From Burkholderiales bacterium (lineage in GTDB: Bacteria; Pseudomonadota; Gammaproteobacteria; Burkholderiales; SG8-39): a stretch of 64,000 nucleotides of DNA. Every line of letters starts with the position of its first letter. Position 1 is the stretch's first letter. The notes under the pieces are model-generated. The model made no database searches. It saw nothing but the letters and a program-made list of their open reading frames with translations, and was not told where the DNA came from. A program made the position numbers and the translations under genes. The DNA lies in NCBI GenBank assembly GCA_038904015.1, contig JBCKKZ010000004.1, forward strand, positions 153 to 64,152. The letters run 5' to 3'. Shown piece by piece: positions 18,975-28,771 of the stretch.

Positions 18975-19751
18975 CTAATTCTGTAGCCCGAGCTGTTCTG
19001 CTCGAAAGACGACGTTGTGCCATTGCGGCTGGATCTGGTAAAGCCACATATGGGTTCGCGTGAACTTTGCTTGTGCAAGTGGATCGGGGGCAACCGCTTT
19101 TAGCCAATTGAGCTTCCTCAGACAGTTCTTGAGGCTATCGCGAATCGCCACAGCATCGGCTTGCCCATCGGTAGGCACAATGGCGAACCCATCATAGGTA
19201 TTTTCCTCAGATCCATGAAATGGGATTCGTGGACAAGGTTGCACAAAAGCCGCCCAATCCATTCGACTGCGTAATTCCTCTTGCGCAATGGCTGAGTGTG
19301 GATCACCGATCATGCATCGTTCAGTTAAGTCAGTGGCTCGCCGTCTCGCCGACGGAGCAAGCATAACGCCAACCCAATCTTGCAAACATTCGTACTTGTA
19401 GGCTTCAAGTATTGCTTTCCCCGCCACAAAAACTCCGCCACCACCGGATTCTCGAACAAATGAGCCATGCGCTATCGCGCCACGGAGAGGAATCTCTTCC
19501 TCTATCATCAATCCAAGCGCTCGGGAACATCGACGCACAATCGCCTTGAACGATTGTTCCGAATCATCAACCGTCGTCAGTACAATGCTGTCAGAAAATA
19601 CGACGTAATCCACTTTAGGTCCGTAGACTTCATCGTCAAATGCTCGCTCAAGACATTCTTGATATCGCTTCAATCGTTCAACTTCGCCAGTACCAGATAC
19701 AAGCGACGAGAATCCCAATACATCTAATAGCGCTACGAATCCGAGATGCAT
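18975..19751 (-). CDS. Hypothetical protein with class III nucleotidyl-cyclase-like motifs
   Basis: LLDVLGFSS, VFSDSIVL, LRGAIAHG, GKAILEAYKYE; GAGGGG RBS; lower GC than the flanks. Confidence 0.65.
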   Translation of the reverse strand: MHLGFVALLDVLGFSSLVSGTGEVERLKRYQECLERAFDDEVYGPKVDYVVFSDSIVLTTVDDSEQSFKAIVRRCSRALGLMIEEEIPLRGAIAHGSFVRESGGGGVFVAGKAILEAYKYECLQDWVGVMLAPSARRRATDLTERCMIGDPHSAIAQEELRSRMDWAAFVQPCPRIPFHGSEENTYDGFAIVPTDGQADAVAIRDSLKNCLRKLNWLKAVAPDPLAQAKFTRTHMWLYQIQPQWHNVVFRAEQLGLQN

Positions 19752-19989
19752 TTCCCCTCACAATGGAGCATCTTCATCGCCGAGTCAGTGAATCGCGCAG
19801 CGAGCCAGAAAATTGTATACCACCGGTCAGGATCGCCCGGAATAACAGGGCCATTCCCCTAGGTTCTCGAATCAGTTTTCCTCTACTAGCGTCGCAATTC
19901 AGGTTTGAATCGATCTAGCCAGTCAGAGACTAAAAGCATGTTGGCGTACATAGTTTGAAGTCGATAGTAGGTGAGGAGAAGGGCCGCGA

Positions 19990-20422
19990 CGCACGTGTCC
20001 CGCGATCAGGTCGTTGATGGCCATCGCGCCGCCCTTGTAGGGCACGTGCACGATCACGGTGCCGGTCATGTACTTGAAGAGCTCGCCCGCCACATGGCCC
20101 GGCGAGCCGTTGCTGGAGGACGCATTGGAGAGTTTCCCCGGGTTCTTCTGCGCGTAGTCGATCAGCTCCCGCACCGAGCGCACCGGAAACGACGGCGCGA
20201 CCGCGAGCAGCAGGTGGCCACGCGCCACCACCGCGATCGGCTGCAGGTCGCGCTCGATGTCGTAGGGCAACTTCGCGACCATATGCCGGGTGATCGCCAG
20301 CGCTCCGATCGGGCCCATGCCGATGGTGTAGCCGTCCGGCGCCGCTTTCGCCACCGCGTCGATGCCGATGGTGAGCGCCCCGCCGGGGCGATTCCGATCA
20401 GGAGCCCAAGGAGCAGATTCAT
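19990..20422 (-). pseudogene. Bug/TctC tripartite tricarboxylate transporter binding protein, internally deleted and 3'-truncated
   Basis: MNLLLGLLIG start, frameshift to NRPGG..VAKAAPDGYT..HVPYKGGAMAINDLIAGHV, then an abrupt end. Confidence 0.8.
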
Positions 20423-21096
20423 TTCAAGGCGCCAAAAACCTTCTTGATGATGTCGCTGCCCGCCTTGACCGGATCCTGGCGGATTTTCTTTTCCTCCTCG
20501 GCGACCATGTAAAAGAGGCCGTCGAGCGCCTTCTGCGTCACGTAGTCGTCTAGGTTCGCCTGCTCTTTCTTCACCAGGCCGAACTGGACGCCTTTCTGCG
20601 CGTACTGGTTGTACTTCTCGGCGAGCTTCACCTTGGCGGTGGCCTTCTTGACGATCGGCAGGAACTTCTCGCGCAACTGGTCGGTGGTGCTGCGCTTGAA
20701 GTAGTCGGTACCCGAGGTCTGGCCGCCGGTGAGGATGCCCTTGGCGTCCTGCACGCTCATTTTCTTGATCGATTCCACGAACAGCTTCTTCGCCTCGGGC
20801 ACGGCGGCCTCGGCGGCGCGGTTCATCGTCAGCACCAGCTCGTCGGCGTATTTGCCCATGCCGAAGTTGTGCATGAGCTTTTCGTACTTTTTCAGCGAAT
20901 CGGGCAGCGGGATTTTCACTGCGCCGTTGCCGAAGAACCCGTCGGTCTTGCCCAGCAGGCCGACTGCGACACCCGAGCCCTTCTCGAGCGCGGCTTTCAG
21001 GCCCGAGACCGCATCCTGGTTGCTGAGCGCGTCGAGATTCGCCTGCGCGAAAAATGTCCAGGTCAGAAACAGGATTGCGAGTGCGCGTACCAGCAT
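20419..21096 (-). CDS. DUF4197-family exported protein
   Basis: GLKAALEKG, VKIPLP, MNRAAE, EEEKKIRQDP. Confidence 0.85.
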   Translation of the reverse strand: MLVRALAILFLTWTFFAQANLDALSNQDAVSGLKAALEKGSGVAVGLLGKTDGFFGNGAVKIPLPDSLKKYEKLMHNFGMGKYADELVLTMNRAAEAAVPEAKKLFVESIKKMSVQDAKGILTGGQTSGTDYFKRSTTDQLREKFLPIVKKATAKVKLAEKYNQYAQKGVQFGLVKKEQANLDDYVTQKALDGLFYMVAEEEKKIRQDPVKAGSDIIKKVFGALK

Positions 21097-21105
21097 GATC
21101 CTCTC

Positions 21106-22041
21106 CTATTCGACGCCGGCGTGATGCGCCTGGCGATCGGCATGATACGACGAGCGCACCATCGGGCCGACCGCAGCGTGGCGGAATCCCATCGCCGCCG
21201 CTTCACGCTCGAAGAGGGCGAAGGTGTCGGGGTGCACGTAGCGTTCCACCGGCAGGTGATGCGCGGAAGGGGCGAGATACTGGCCAATGGTGAGCATGGA
21301 CACGCCGTGGGCGCGCAGATCGCGCATCACGGCGAGGATTTCCTCGTCGGTCTCGCCCAGCCCGACCATCAGGCCGGATTTGGTCGGGGTCACGGGACTA
21401 TTTTTCCGATACAAAGAAAACAATTCGAGCGAGTGCATGTAGTCGCCCCCGGGGCGCGCCTGTTTATACAAGCGCGGCACGGTCTCGAGATTGTGGTTCA
21501 TCACATCGGCCGGCGCCGCCGAGAGAACCTCCAGCGCGCGTTCGAGGCGCCCCCTGAAGTCCGGCACCAGGACTTCGATGGTGGTGCGCGGGGACGTCGC
21601 GCGCACCGCGCGGATGCAGTCCACGAAATGCTGCGCGCCGCCGTCTTTCAGGTCGTCCCGGTCCACGCTGGTAATCACCACATAGCGCAGCTCGAGGCGC
21701 GCGATGGTATCGGCAAGATGCGCCGGCTCCTCCGCATCGGGCACAAGCGGCCGGCCGTGCGCGACGTCGCAGAACGGACAGCGGCGGGTGCAGATGTCGC
21801 CCAGGATCATGAAGGTCGCGGTGCCCTTGCCGAAACATTCGCCGATGTTCGGGCAGGAAGCTTCCTCGCAGACCGTGTGCAGCTTCTGCTCGCGCAGGAT
21901 CCGCTTGATGTCGTGAAAGCGCGAATCCGGCGCCGGCGCGCGGACGCGGATCCAGTCCGGTTTTTTCAGTTTCTCCTGCGGGAAAAAACTCAGGCGGGCC
22001 GTCTTGAGCGCGCCCTTTTCCTTGATGCCGGCTTCACGCAT
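21106..22041 (-). CDS. lipA: Lipoyl synthase
   Basis: [24 protein letters not shown]. Confidence 0.97.
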   Translation of the reverse strand: MREAGIKEKGALKTARLSFFPQEKLKKPDWIRVRAPAPDSRFHDIKRILREQKLHTVCEEASCPNIGECFGKGTATFMILGDICTRRCPFCDVAHGRPLVPDAEEPAHLADTIARLELRYVVITSVDRDDLKDGGAQHFVDCIRAVRATSPRTTIEVLVPDFRGRLERALEVLSAAPADVMNHNLETVPRLYKQARPGGDYMHSLELFSLYRKNSPVTPTKSGLMVGLGETDEEILAVMRDLRAHGVSMLTIGQYLAPSAHHLPVERYVHPDTFALFEREAAAMGFRHAAVGPMVRSSYHADRQAHHAGVE

Positions 22042-22654
22042 GTTCGAGCTTCTCGACGAGGATGCCGGCAAGTTTCCTGCCCAGAAATTCCTTGTCTTCC
22101 AATATTCCAAGGTCGCGAGTCTGGGTCACCTGCATACCGGGATAACCGCAGGGATCGATGGCGGAAAACGGCGCCAGGTCCATGTCGACGTTGAGCGCGA
22201 GGCCGTGGTACGCGCAGCCCCGCGAGACGCGGATGCCGAGCGCGGCGACCTTGGCGCCGCCGACATAGATGCCGGGCGCTCCAGACTTTCGTTCAGCACA
22301 GCCGCCGAGCAGGTCGATGACCGATTGCTCGAGCATCGCCACGAACTGTTTCACCTTGATGCCGCGGCGCGCCAGGTCCACCAGCGTGTAAAGAATTACC
22401 TGCCCCGGCCCGTGGTAGGTAATTTCGCCGCCGCGCTCCACCTGCACCACGGGAATGCCGCAGCCCGGCTTCGGCCCGTGCGTCGCGTCCGCCGCGAGAC
22501 CGAGCGTATAGACCGGCGGATGCTCCAGCAGCCAGAGTTCATCGGGCGTATCGGCCGCTCGCCGCGCGGTGAATTCGCGCATCGCCTCGACGGTCGGTTG
22601 ATATTCGACCGTTCCCAGGTTTTTGGAAAAAACTTTTTCGGTGACAAGCATCAA
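22034..22654 (-). CDS. lipB: Octanoyltransferase
   Basis: [24 protein letters not shown]. Confidence 0.95.
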   Translation of the reverse strand: MMLVTEKVFSKNLGTVEYQPTVEAMREFTARRAADTPDELWLLEHPPVYTLGLAADATHGPKPGCGIPVVQVERGGEITYHGPGQVILYTLVDLARRGIKVKQFVAMLEQSVIDLLGGCAERKSGAPGIYVGGAKVAALGIRVSRGCAYHGLALNVDMDLAPFSAIDPCGYPGMQVTQTRDLGILEDKEFLGRKLAGILVEKLEHA

Positions 22655-22956
22655 AGAACCATCACGACGGCCGGATGGTCGCAGAGCTCCCGGTAGAGGG
22701 CATCGAGCTGTTGCTGCGAAGTGGCGTTCACGGTGGCGGTGAGGCTGATGTACTTGCCCCCGCGGCTCGGGCGCGTTTCGATGGTGCCGGGCACGAAGTC
22801 GGGTGCGTGACGCCGCACGATTTCGATTACGGCGGTTGTGAAGCCCCCTTCCCTGCGTCCCATGATCTTGATCGGGAACGCCGTGGGAAAGTCGAGCAGA
22901 GAAGCCGTTATGAGCGGCTTCTCGTTCTCACGCGGCCTGCCGTTCCTTTCCTGCAC
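22651..22956 (-). CDS. ybeD: YbeD/DUF493 protein
   Basis: FP..FPIKIMG, SRGGKYISLT; upstream of lipB; start uncertain. Confidence 0.85.
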   Translation of the reverse strand: MQERNGRPRENEKPLITASLLDFPTAFPIKIMGRREGGFTTAVIEIVRRHAPDFVPGTIETRPSRGGKYISLTATVNATSQQQLDALYRELCDHPAVVMVL

Positions 22957-23794
22957 GCATCACCTTTTGCTTGAATTCCTGATAGAGCGCGTGGACACGG
23001 CGGAATACCGGACCCGGCCTGCCGCCGGCGACCGGCTGGCCGTCCAGCGTCACGATGGCGAGCACTTCCTTGGAAGAGGACGTAACCCAGACTTCGTCCG
23101 CGCCGCGCACTTCGGCTTCGCTCACGTCGCGGTACTCGAGCGGCAAGCCCGCGGCCTGCGCGATCTCGGCGATCACGTCATAGGTGATGCCCGGCAGGAT
23201 CAGGTTCGACTTGGGCGGCGACAGGATCACGCCGCCCCTGACGACGAAGACGTTCGAAGCCGAGGCCTCGGTGAGCTTGCCATCGCGGAACAGGATCGTC
23301 TCGACCGCACCCGCGTCCGCCGATGCCTGGCGCAGCAGGCAGTTGCCGATGAGGGAAATGGACTTGATGTCGCAGCGCTGCCAGCGGTCGTCCACCGCAG
23401 TCACAGCCGAGGCGCCGCGCTCGACCAGTTCTTGCGGCGGGTTGACCAGCGGATTGGCCATGATGAAAACGGTCGGCGTGCTGTCCTTGGGAAACGCGTG
23501 ATCGCGTTTCGCGACGCCGCGCGTTACCTGGAAGTACACGCCCTGGTCCTCGAAAGGCTGCTTCGCGACCAGCTGCAGGATGATGTCGCGCCACTCCGTG
23601 CGGCTGTAGGGATTGCGGATCCTGACCGCGGCCAGGCTGCGCTCCAGGCGCGCGAGATGTTCGTCCATGCGGAACGGCACGCGCGAATAGACCGGGATCA
23701 GTTCATATACGCCGTCACCGAAGATGAAGCCGCGGTCGAGCACCGGAACGCGCGCTTCCTCGACCGGCATGAATTTTCCATTCAGAAAAACCAT
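22928..23794 (-). CDS. dat: D-amino acid aminotransferase (class IV PLP enzyme)
   Basis: DRGFIFGDGVYE, DIKSISL, ILPGIT. Confidence 0.88.
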   Translation of the reverse strand: MVFLNGKFMPVEEARVPVLDRGFIFGDGVYELIPVYSRVPFRMDEHLARLERSLAAVRIRNPYSRTEWRDIILQLVAKQPFEDQGVYFQVTRGVAKRDHAFPKDSTPTVFIMANPLVNPPQELVERGASAVTAVDDRWQRCDIKSISLIGNCLLRQASADAGAVETILFRDGKLTEASASNVFVVRGGVILSPPKSNLILPGITYDVIAEIAQAAGLPLEYRDVSEAEVRGADEVWVTSSSKEVLAIVTLDGQPVAGGRPGPVFRRVHALYQEFKQKVMRAGKERQAA

Positions 23795-23804
23795 ACTGAC
23801 TCCG

Positions 23805-24929
23805 CTACCTCAACCAGAGTCTCAGTGTATCCCAGGCCCGCACGAAAATCCCCGCCGCGGGCACCTCTTCGAGCGCGACCACGGGGTACTCGCCGAGCGC
23901 TTTGCCATCGAGCGTCACGCGCAGGTTTCCGACGCGAGTGCCCGCCGCCACCGGCGCCACCAGCGGCGAATGCGACAGCAGTTCTGCCTTCAGCTTTTCC
24001 CCCTGGCCCTTGGGGATCGTCACCACCAGATCCTCGCGGAAGCCGGCCTTCAGGGTTCCGCGCGTGCCCTTCCAGACTTCGATTTCCTTCACCGGCGCGT
24101 TGCCCGCGTAGAGGCGTACCGCGTCGAAGAACTGGAACCCCCAGTTAAGCAGCTTCTGCGATTCCTGCGCGCGCATGGACTCCGAAGTCGAGCCAAGCAG
24201 CACCGAGAGCAGGCGCCGCGGGCCGCGCTTCGAGGACGCGACCAGGCAGTAGCCCGCCGCCTCGGTGAAGCCGGTCTTCATGCCGTCCACCGTGTTGTCC
24301 AGCCAGAGCAGGCGATTGCGGTTCACCTGGGTGATGCCGTTGTAGCGGTACTCGCGCTGCGAGTAGTACTGCGCGTACTGCTCGGGGAAATCACGCATCA
24401 GCGCCGTGGCAAGCAGATACAGGTCGCGCGCTGTCGTATAGTGCCGCGGGTCGGGCAGGCCCGAGGCATTCATGTATCTGGTGTTCTTCATGCCGAGCCG
24501 CTCGGCCTCGCGGTTCATCATTGCGGCGAACGCCTCCTCGGACCCGGCCAGCTGCTCGGCGAGCGCGATGCAGGCATCGTTGCCCGACTGCACGATCATG
24601 CCGCGGAGCAATTCGTCCACGCTCACCGGCTTCTTCGGCTCGATGAACATGCGCGAGCCGGGCGCGCGCCAGGCGCGCTCCGACACGTTCACCTGCTGCT
24701 CGAGCGAGAGTTTTTTCTCCTTCAGCGCGGCGAACACCAGGTAGGCGGTCATCAGCTTGGTGAGCGAGGCGGGCTCGAAGCGCTCCTCGGGTTTTTCGGC
24801 GGCGAGGATCTGGCCGCTGGAGACATCGGCGATCACCCAGGCGCGGCCGACGACCTGGGGCGGCTGCGGCGCTTGCGCGAGCGCGAGCGCCGGCAACAGC
24901 AGGAGCAGGCAGGCGATGGTGCGCGACAT
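23805..24929 (-). CDS. dacA: D-alanyl-D-alanine carboxypeptidase
   Basis: SLTK, SGN and KTG penicillin-binding protein motifs. Confidence 0.92.
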   Translation of the reverse strand: MSRTIACLLLLLPALALAQAPQPPQVVGRAWVIADVSSGQILAAEKPEERFEPASLTKLMTAYLVFAALKEKKLSLEQQVNVSERAWRAPGSRMFIEPKKPVSVDELLRGMIVQSGNDACIALAEQLAGSEEAFAAMMNREAERLGMKNTRYMNASGLPDPRHYTTARDLYLLATALMRDFPEQYAQYYSQREYRYNGITQVNRNRLLWLDNTVDGMKTGFTEAAGYCLVASSKRGPRRLLSVLLGSTSESMRAQESQKLLNWGFQFFDAVRLYAGNAPVKEIEVWKGTRGTLKAGFREDLVVTIPKGQGEKLKAELLSHSPLVAPVAAGTRVGNLRVTLDGKALGEYPVVALEEVPAAGIFVRAWDTLRLWLR

Positions 24930-24973
24930 CGGGATTTCCGCGGAAAAAGGCGGCGGATTATAGCCGCCCGCGA

Positions 24974-25873
24974 TCACTTGCCCACGACCAACGGTCTCAA
25001 GCTCAGTTCCGCCTGGATGCGGTCGGCCATCAAGCGGGCGTCGTCCTGGGAGCGGAAAGGGCCGAGGTGCAGCCGGAATCCCGGGCCGCCCGGGACGACG
25101 TGGATCGCGTCCGAGAGCCAGGCAAGCTCGCGATACGCCCGCGCGCGGAAATTCTCCGCCGCCTCGCGCGAGGAGAACGCGCCGAGTTGGAGGAACAGGC
25201 CGCCTGCGTCCGCCTTTGCCTGCGGCACCGGCGCCTGTTCTTGCGCCGCTTCGGCCGGGGGAGGCGCGCTTCCGGGAACGACGCTCTCCACCTCGACGCG
25301 CGCGCTGCCCGCCTGCGCGAAGCCGAGCTTCCATGCCGCGGTGTAGGACAGGTCGATGATGCGCTCGGCGTGGAACGGCCCCCGGTCATTGACGCGCACC
25401 ACGACGCTGCGGCCCGTGGCGGGGCTCGTGACCCGTGCGTAGCTTGGAATCGGCAGCGTCGGATGCGCTGCGGTCATGGCGTACATGTCGTATTTCTCGC
25501 CGCTGGAGGTGGCGTTGCCGTGATAGCGCCGGCCGTACCAGCTCGCCACCCCGGATTCCCTGAACGGCGCGACACGCGTGCGCGGCACGTAGTCCTTGCC
25601 GAACACCTGGTAGGGGCGGTTGGCGAAGCGGTGCAGCGGCTCGGCGCGCGGCACCGCGTCGGGGATCGCCGCGAGGTCGGCCGGCGGGTTGGCGCCCGGG
25701 CCGTCGTCCTTGTAGTAGGCGCCCTTCGCCGGCGCAGGGACCGCTGCGGGCCTTTCCTTTCCGTCCTGACTCGTCACCCCCGGCGTGTCGCGGGTCGGCA
25801 CCATACCGCACCCGGAAAGAATGGTTGCAACCGCCCACAGCGCGACTGCCACGCGGGTGGCGCCTGCGGCCAC
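24974..25873 (-). CDS. rlpA: Septal ring lytic transglycosylase RlpA
   Basis: Lipobox LSGC, ASWYG, TAAHPTLP, VNDRGPF, C-terminal SPOR domain; start uncertain. Confidence 0.92.
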   Translation of the reverse strand: MAAGATRVAVALWAVATILSGCGMVPTRDTPGVTSQDGKERPAAVPAPAKGAYYKDDGPGANPPADLAAIPDAVPRAEPLHRFANRPYQVFGKDYVPRTRVAPFRESGVASWYGRRYHGNATSSGEKYDMYAMTAAHPTLPIPSYARVTSPATGRSVVVRVNDRGPFHAERIIDLSYTAAWKLGFAQAGSARVEVESVVPGSAPPPAEAAQEQAPVPQAKADAGGLFLQLGAFSSREAAENFRARAYRELAWLSDAIHVVPGGPGFRLHLGPFRSQDDARLMADRIQAELSLRPLVVGK

Positions 25874-25899
25874 GAGCAACCGGCCGCAGTTCCTTGGCG

Positions 25900-26847
25900 C
25901 TACAGGCGTGCAATCTCCAACCACGTTTTCACAACCTCTGCCGGCCTAATGTCTGAAACACGTTTTGAAGGCGCCTGAAGCCATCTTGCGTCCGGGCTGA
26001 AAGGTCGCCAGTGCTCGACACTGATATCTCCCATCAGTCCGACCACCGGTTTTCCGAGAGCAGCAGCAATATGCATCAGTCCCCCGTCAGGCGTAATTGC
26101 GGATCGGCTGCGACGAATGATCTCGATCGCCTCAGAGAGATCGGGGCTGAGCAGAGCTATTCCGTCATGACCACGAAGCTGCGAACGGAGTTCGGCCATG
26201 ACAGGTTCGTCCGATGCGTGCGCCGGATTCACTCTCGAGGCGGGTACCGAAGTAATGGCTACACGCGAGCCGGGCGCGGCGTCACGTATGCCGCTCACGA
26301 TCTCAAGCAACTGAGCTGCCGAAGGCCGATTGCTGGGCTTTCTTGCACTAACGTGCATCCAAACATCGTAGTCGCAGCGGGTCGCACGGTCGCACTCCAG
26401 CCGCACGCCCGGCAACTGCTTGACGTCTTCGACACCGAGCAGGAGTCCCAGAACTTCCGCAACATGCATTGTCGGCGGCGGCGCTTGTATCCGTTTCGAA
26501 TACGCCATCCGATACAGAAGTGCGTCCGTAGCGAATCCAACGCCATTAGATAAAGCCAGGAAACGCAGCGCAAGCCTCGGATCTGGCGACGGACTCAATG
26601 CGACAGCGAGGTCGGGTTTCCACCTGCGAGCCCGGAACAGAACTTTCCACTCCGCCTTACCCGGGCCATAGCGCCCGTAGGTATCGACACTCCTTACCCC
26701 GGGAAGCCATGGAGCGATCAATCCCGCAAGGTCATTCGTCACTATCCGGACGTCCGCTGCAGGATGCGTGCGCAGGAACACCTGCAACGCCGGGCTCGCA
26801 AGCACGAGATCGCCAATGTTGAGCCGATGATAGATCAGAACGCGCAT
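25900..26847 (-). CDS. Glycosyltransferase family 9 (heptosyltransferase-like)
   Basis: IGDLVLASP, DGGLMHIAAALGKPVVGL.G, WRP. Confidence 0.85.
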   Translation of the reverse strand: MRVLIYHRLNIGDLVLASPALQVFLRTHPAADVRIVTNDLAGLIAPWLPGVRSVDTYGRYGPGKAEWKVLFRARRWKPDLAVALSPSPDPRLALRFLALSNGVGFATDALLYRMAYSKRIQAPPPTMHVAEVLGLLLGVEDVKQLPGVRLECDRATRCDYDVWMHVSARKPSNRPSAAQLLEIVSGIRDAAPGSRVAITSVPASRVNPAHASDEPVMAELRSQLRGHDGIALLSPDLSEAIEIIRRSRSAITPDGGLMHIAAALGKPVVGLMGDISVEHWRPFSPDARWLQAPSKRVSDIRPAEVVKTWLEIARL

Positions 26848-26884
26848 CGCGCTTGCGAAGGTCGCCAGTCAGCAACGTGGCCGA

Positions 26885-27463
26885 TCACCTTCTGACGAGC
26901 ACGAAGCACATCTCACCGCCCCGGCGCACGAAGCAGTGCCTATCCTCCCACCGCAGCGCAGCGCGTGCAAGGCGATTCCCGGTGTTTCCCCGGTTGATCC
27001 ACCTCTCGTAGCCAATGTTTCGCCATCGGCCATTGAGCCTCACATAGGCACGCTCCAGGTTGAATGGGGCTCCTAGATCTGCGTAGAAGTGCTCAAAGCT
27101 GCGGAGCGCAAGGTGATGCCGATGCGTTGGATCGGTCCACGACGATACATCGGAGAAATGCGGCGTCGCAATCCAGAAGCGGCCGTCGGGCTTCAGTAAT
27201 CGTGCACACTCGTCGATCGTCGCGGGGATGTTCGCAAGGTGTTCAATGACATGATTGAGAACCAGCGCATCGAATTCCGTGGTTCCCAAAGGCCATGGCA
27301 CGATGTTCAGGTCGTGTACCAAGTCGACATGCGGCCGGCGCAATTGGTCGACTCCGAATGCGCCTTCAGTCTTCCGGTCACCGCACCCTAGGTCGGCTAC
27401 ACGACCGCCTCGTACACGAAAGCGGAATTCAGACAGCAGGTCCGGTGTCGGAAAGAGCGGCAC
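26885..27463 (-). CDS. SAM-dependent methyltransferase (type 11-like)
   Basis: DLGCG, HVIEHL, LLKPDG, WTDPTH. Confidence 0.8.
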   Translation of the reverse strand: MPLFPTPDLLSEFRFRVRGGRVADLGCGDRKTEGAFGVDQLRRPHVDLVHDLNIVPWPLGTTEFDALVLNHVIEHLANIPATIDECARLLKPDGRFWIATPHFSDVSSWTDPTHRHHLALRSFEHFYADLGAPFNLERAYVRLNGRWRNIGYERWINRGNTGNRLARAALRWEDRHCFVRRGGEMCFVLVRR

Positions 27464-27488
27464 TTTGAATCGCCCGGCGAAGTTCCGG

Positions 27489-28766
27489 CTACGAGAGAAA
27501 TCCCTCGTACACCACGCTGCCGGCGACGATCGTCGTGCGCACGCGACCGGCAAGTTCGTAGCCGAGGAACGGCGTGTTCTTGCCCTGGCTCTTTAGCGCG
27601 TCGGGAACGACGCGCCAGTGCTGCGCGGGGTCGAACACCACCAGATCCGCGGGCGCGCCGGGTTCGATGCGCCCCGATTGCACGCCGAGGATGCGCGCCG
27701 GATCGCTGGTAACACGCGCCAGAGTCTTCGCCAGCGGCAATTTTCTCTCCGCACCCCATTTGAGCACCAGGGGCAGCAACAGCTCCAGGCCAGTGGCGCC
27801 CGGCTCGGCTTCGGCAAACGGCATCTGCTTCTGGTCTTCGTCCACTGGCGTGTGGTCGGACACCGCACAGTCGATGGTGCCGTCGGCAAGGCCGGCGGCG
27901 AGCGCCTCGCGGTCGCGCTGCGAGCGCAGCGGCGGCTCCAACCGGCAATGCGAATCGTAGTAACCGAGGTCCATTTCCGACAGGTGCACGTAATGAATGC
28001 CGACGTCGCAGCTGACCGGCAGACCTTCTTTTTTCGCGGCGCGGATCATCTCCACGGCGACCGCGGTAGACAGGCGGCAGACATGCACGCGGGTACCGGT
28101 GGCGCGCACCAGTTGCAGCAAGGTACCAAGCGCAATGGTCTCGGCAAACGCAGGGATGCCGGGCAGTCCCAGCCGGGTCGCAACCTCGCCGTCATGTGCG
28201 ACGCCCCCGTGCGCGAGCCACCGGTCCTCGGCGCGCAGCCACACCGGAAAGCCGAAGGTGGCGGCATACTGCATCGCGCGCCAAAGCACCTGGGTGTCGG
28301 CCAGCGTCGCGTTGGCCTGCGAGAAGGCGACGCAGCCCGCCTCGGCAAGCTCGGCCATCTCGGTAAGGCGCTCGCCCGCAAGCTTTACCGTCAGCGCGCC
28401 GATCGGATAGACCCGCGCCCGCGACAGGGCTTTGGCGCGCCGGCGCAGCATGTCCACGAGGCCCGGCTCGTCGAGCGGCGGGTCGGTATCCGGCGGACAG
28501 GCGAGGCTGGTCACGCCACCGGCCACCGCCGCATCCATCTCCGACTCGAGCGTCGCCTTGTATTCGTAGCCCGGCTCGCGCAACCGCGCCGAAAGATCGA
28601 TCAGGCCGGGCGCGACGACGAGGTCCTTGGCATCAATTGTTTTTTCGGGTTTCTCTTTGAAAGAATCAACTACACGTCCGTCGGAAACAAATACATCGCC
28701 AATTCCGTCCCGTCCGCTGGCCGGATCCACGACCCTGCCGCCCTTGATCAGCAGTTTCATCCGCAT
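27489..28766 (-). CDS. pyrC: Dihydroorotase-like protein (probably inactive PyrC')
   Basis: Amidohydrolase fold, follows pyrB; PGLIDLSARLREPG lacks the HxH motif. Confidence 0.88.
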   Translation of the reverse strand: MRMKLLIKGGRVVDPASGRDGIGDVFVSDGRVVDSFKEKPEKTIDAKDLVVAPGLIDLSARLREPGYEYKATLESEMDAAVAGGVTSLACPPDTDPPLDEPGLVDMLRRRAKALSRARVYPIGALTVKLAGERLTEMAELAEAGCVAFSQANATLADTQVLWRAMQYAATFGFPVWLRAEDRWLAHGGVAHDGEVATRLGLPGIPAFAETIALGTLLQLVRATGTRVHVCRLSTAVAVEMIRAAKKEGLPVSCDVGIHYVHLSEMDLGYYDSHCRLEPPLRSQRDREALAAGLADGTIDCAVSDHTPVDEDQKQMPFAEAEPGATGLELLLPLVLKWGAERKLPLAKTLARVTSDPARILGVQSGRIEPGAPADLVVFDPAQHWRVVPDALKSQGKNTPFLGYELAGRVRTTIVAGSVVYEGFLS

Positions 28767-28771
28767 TTCAC

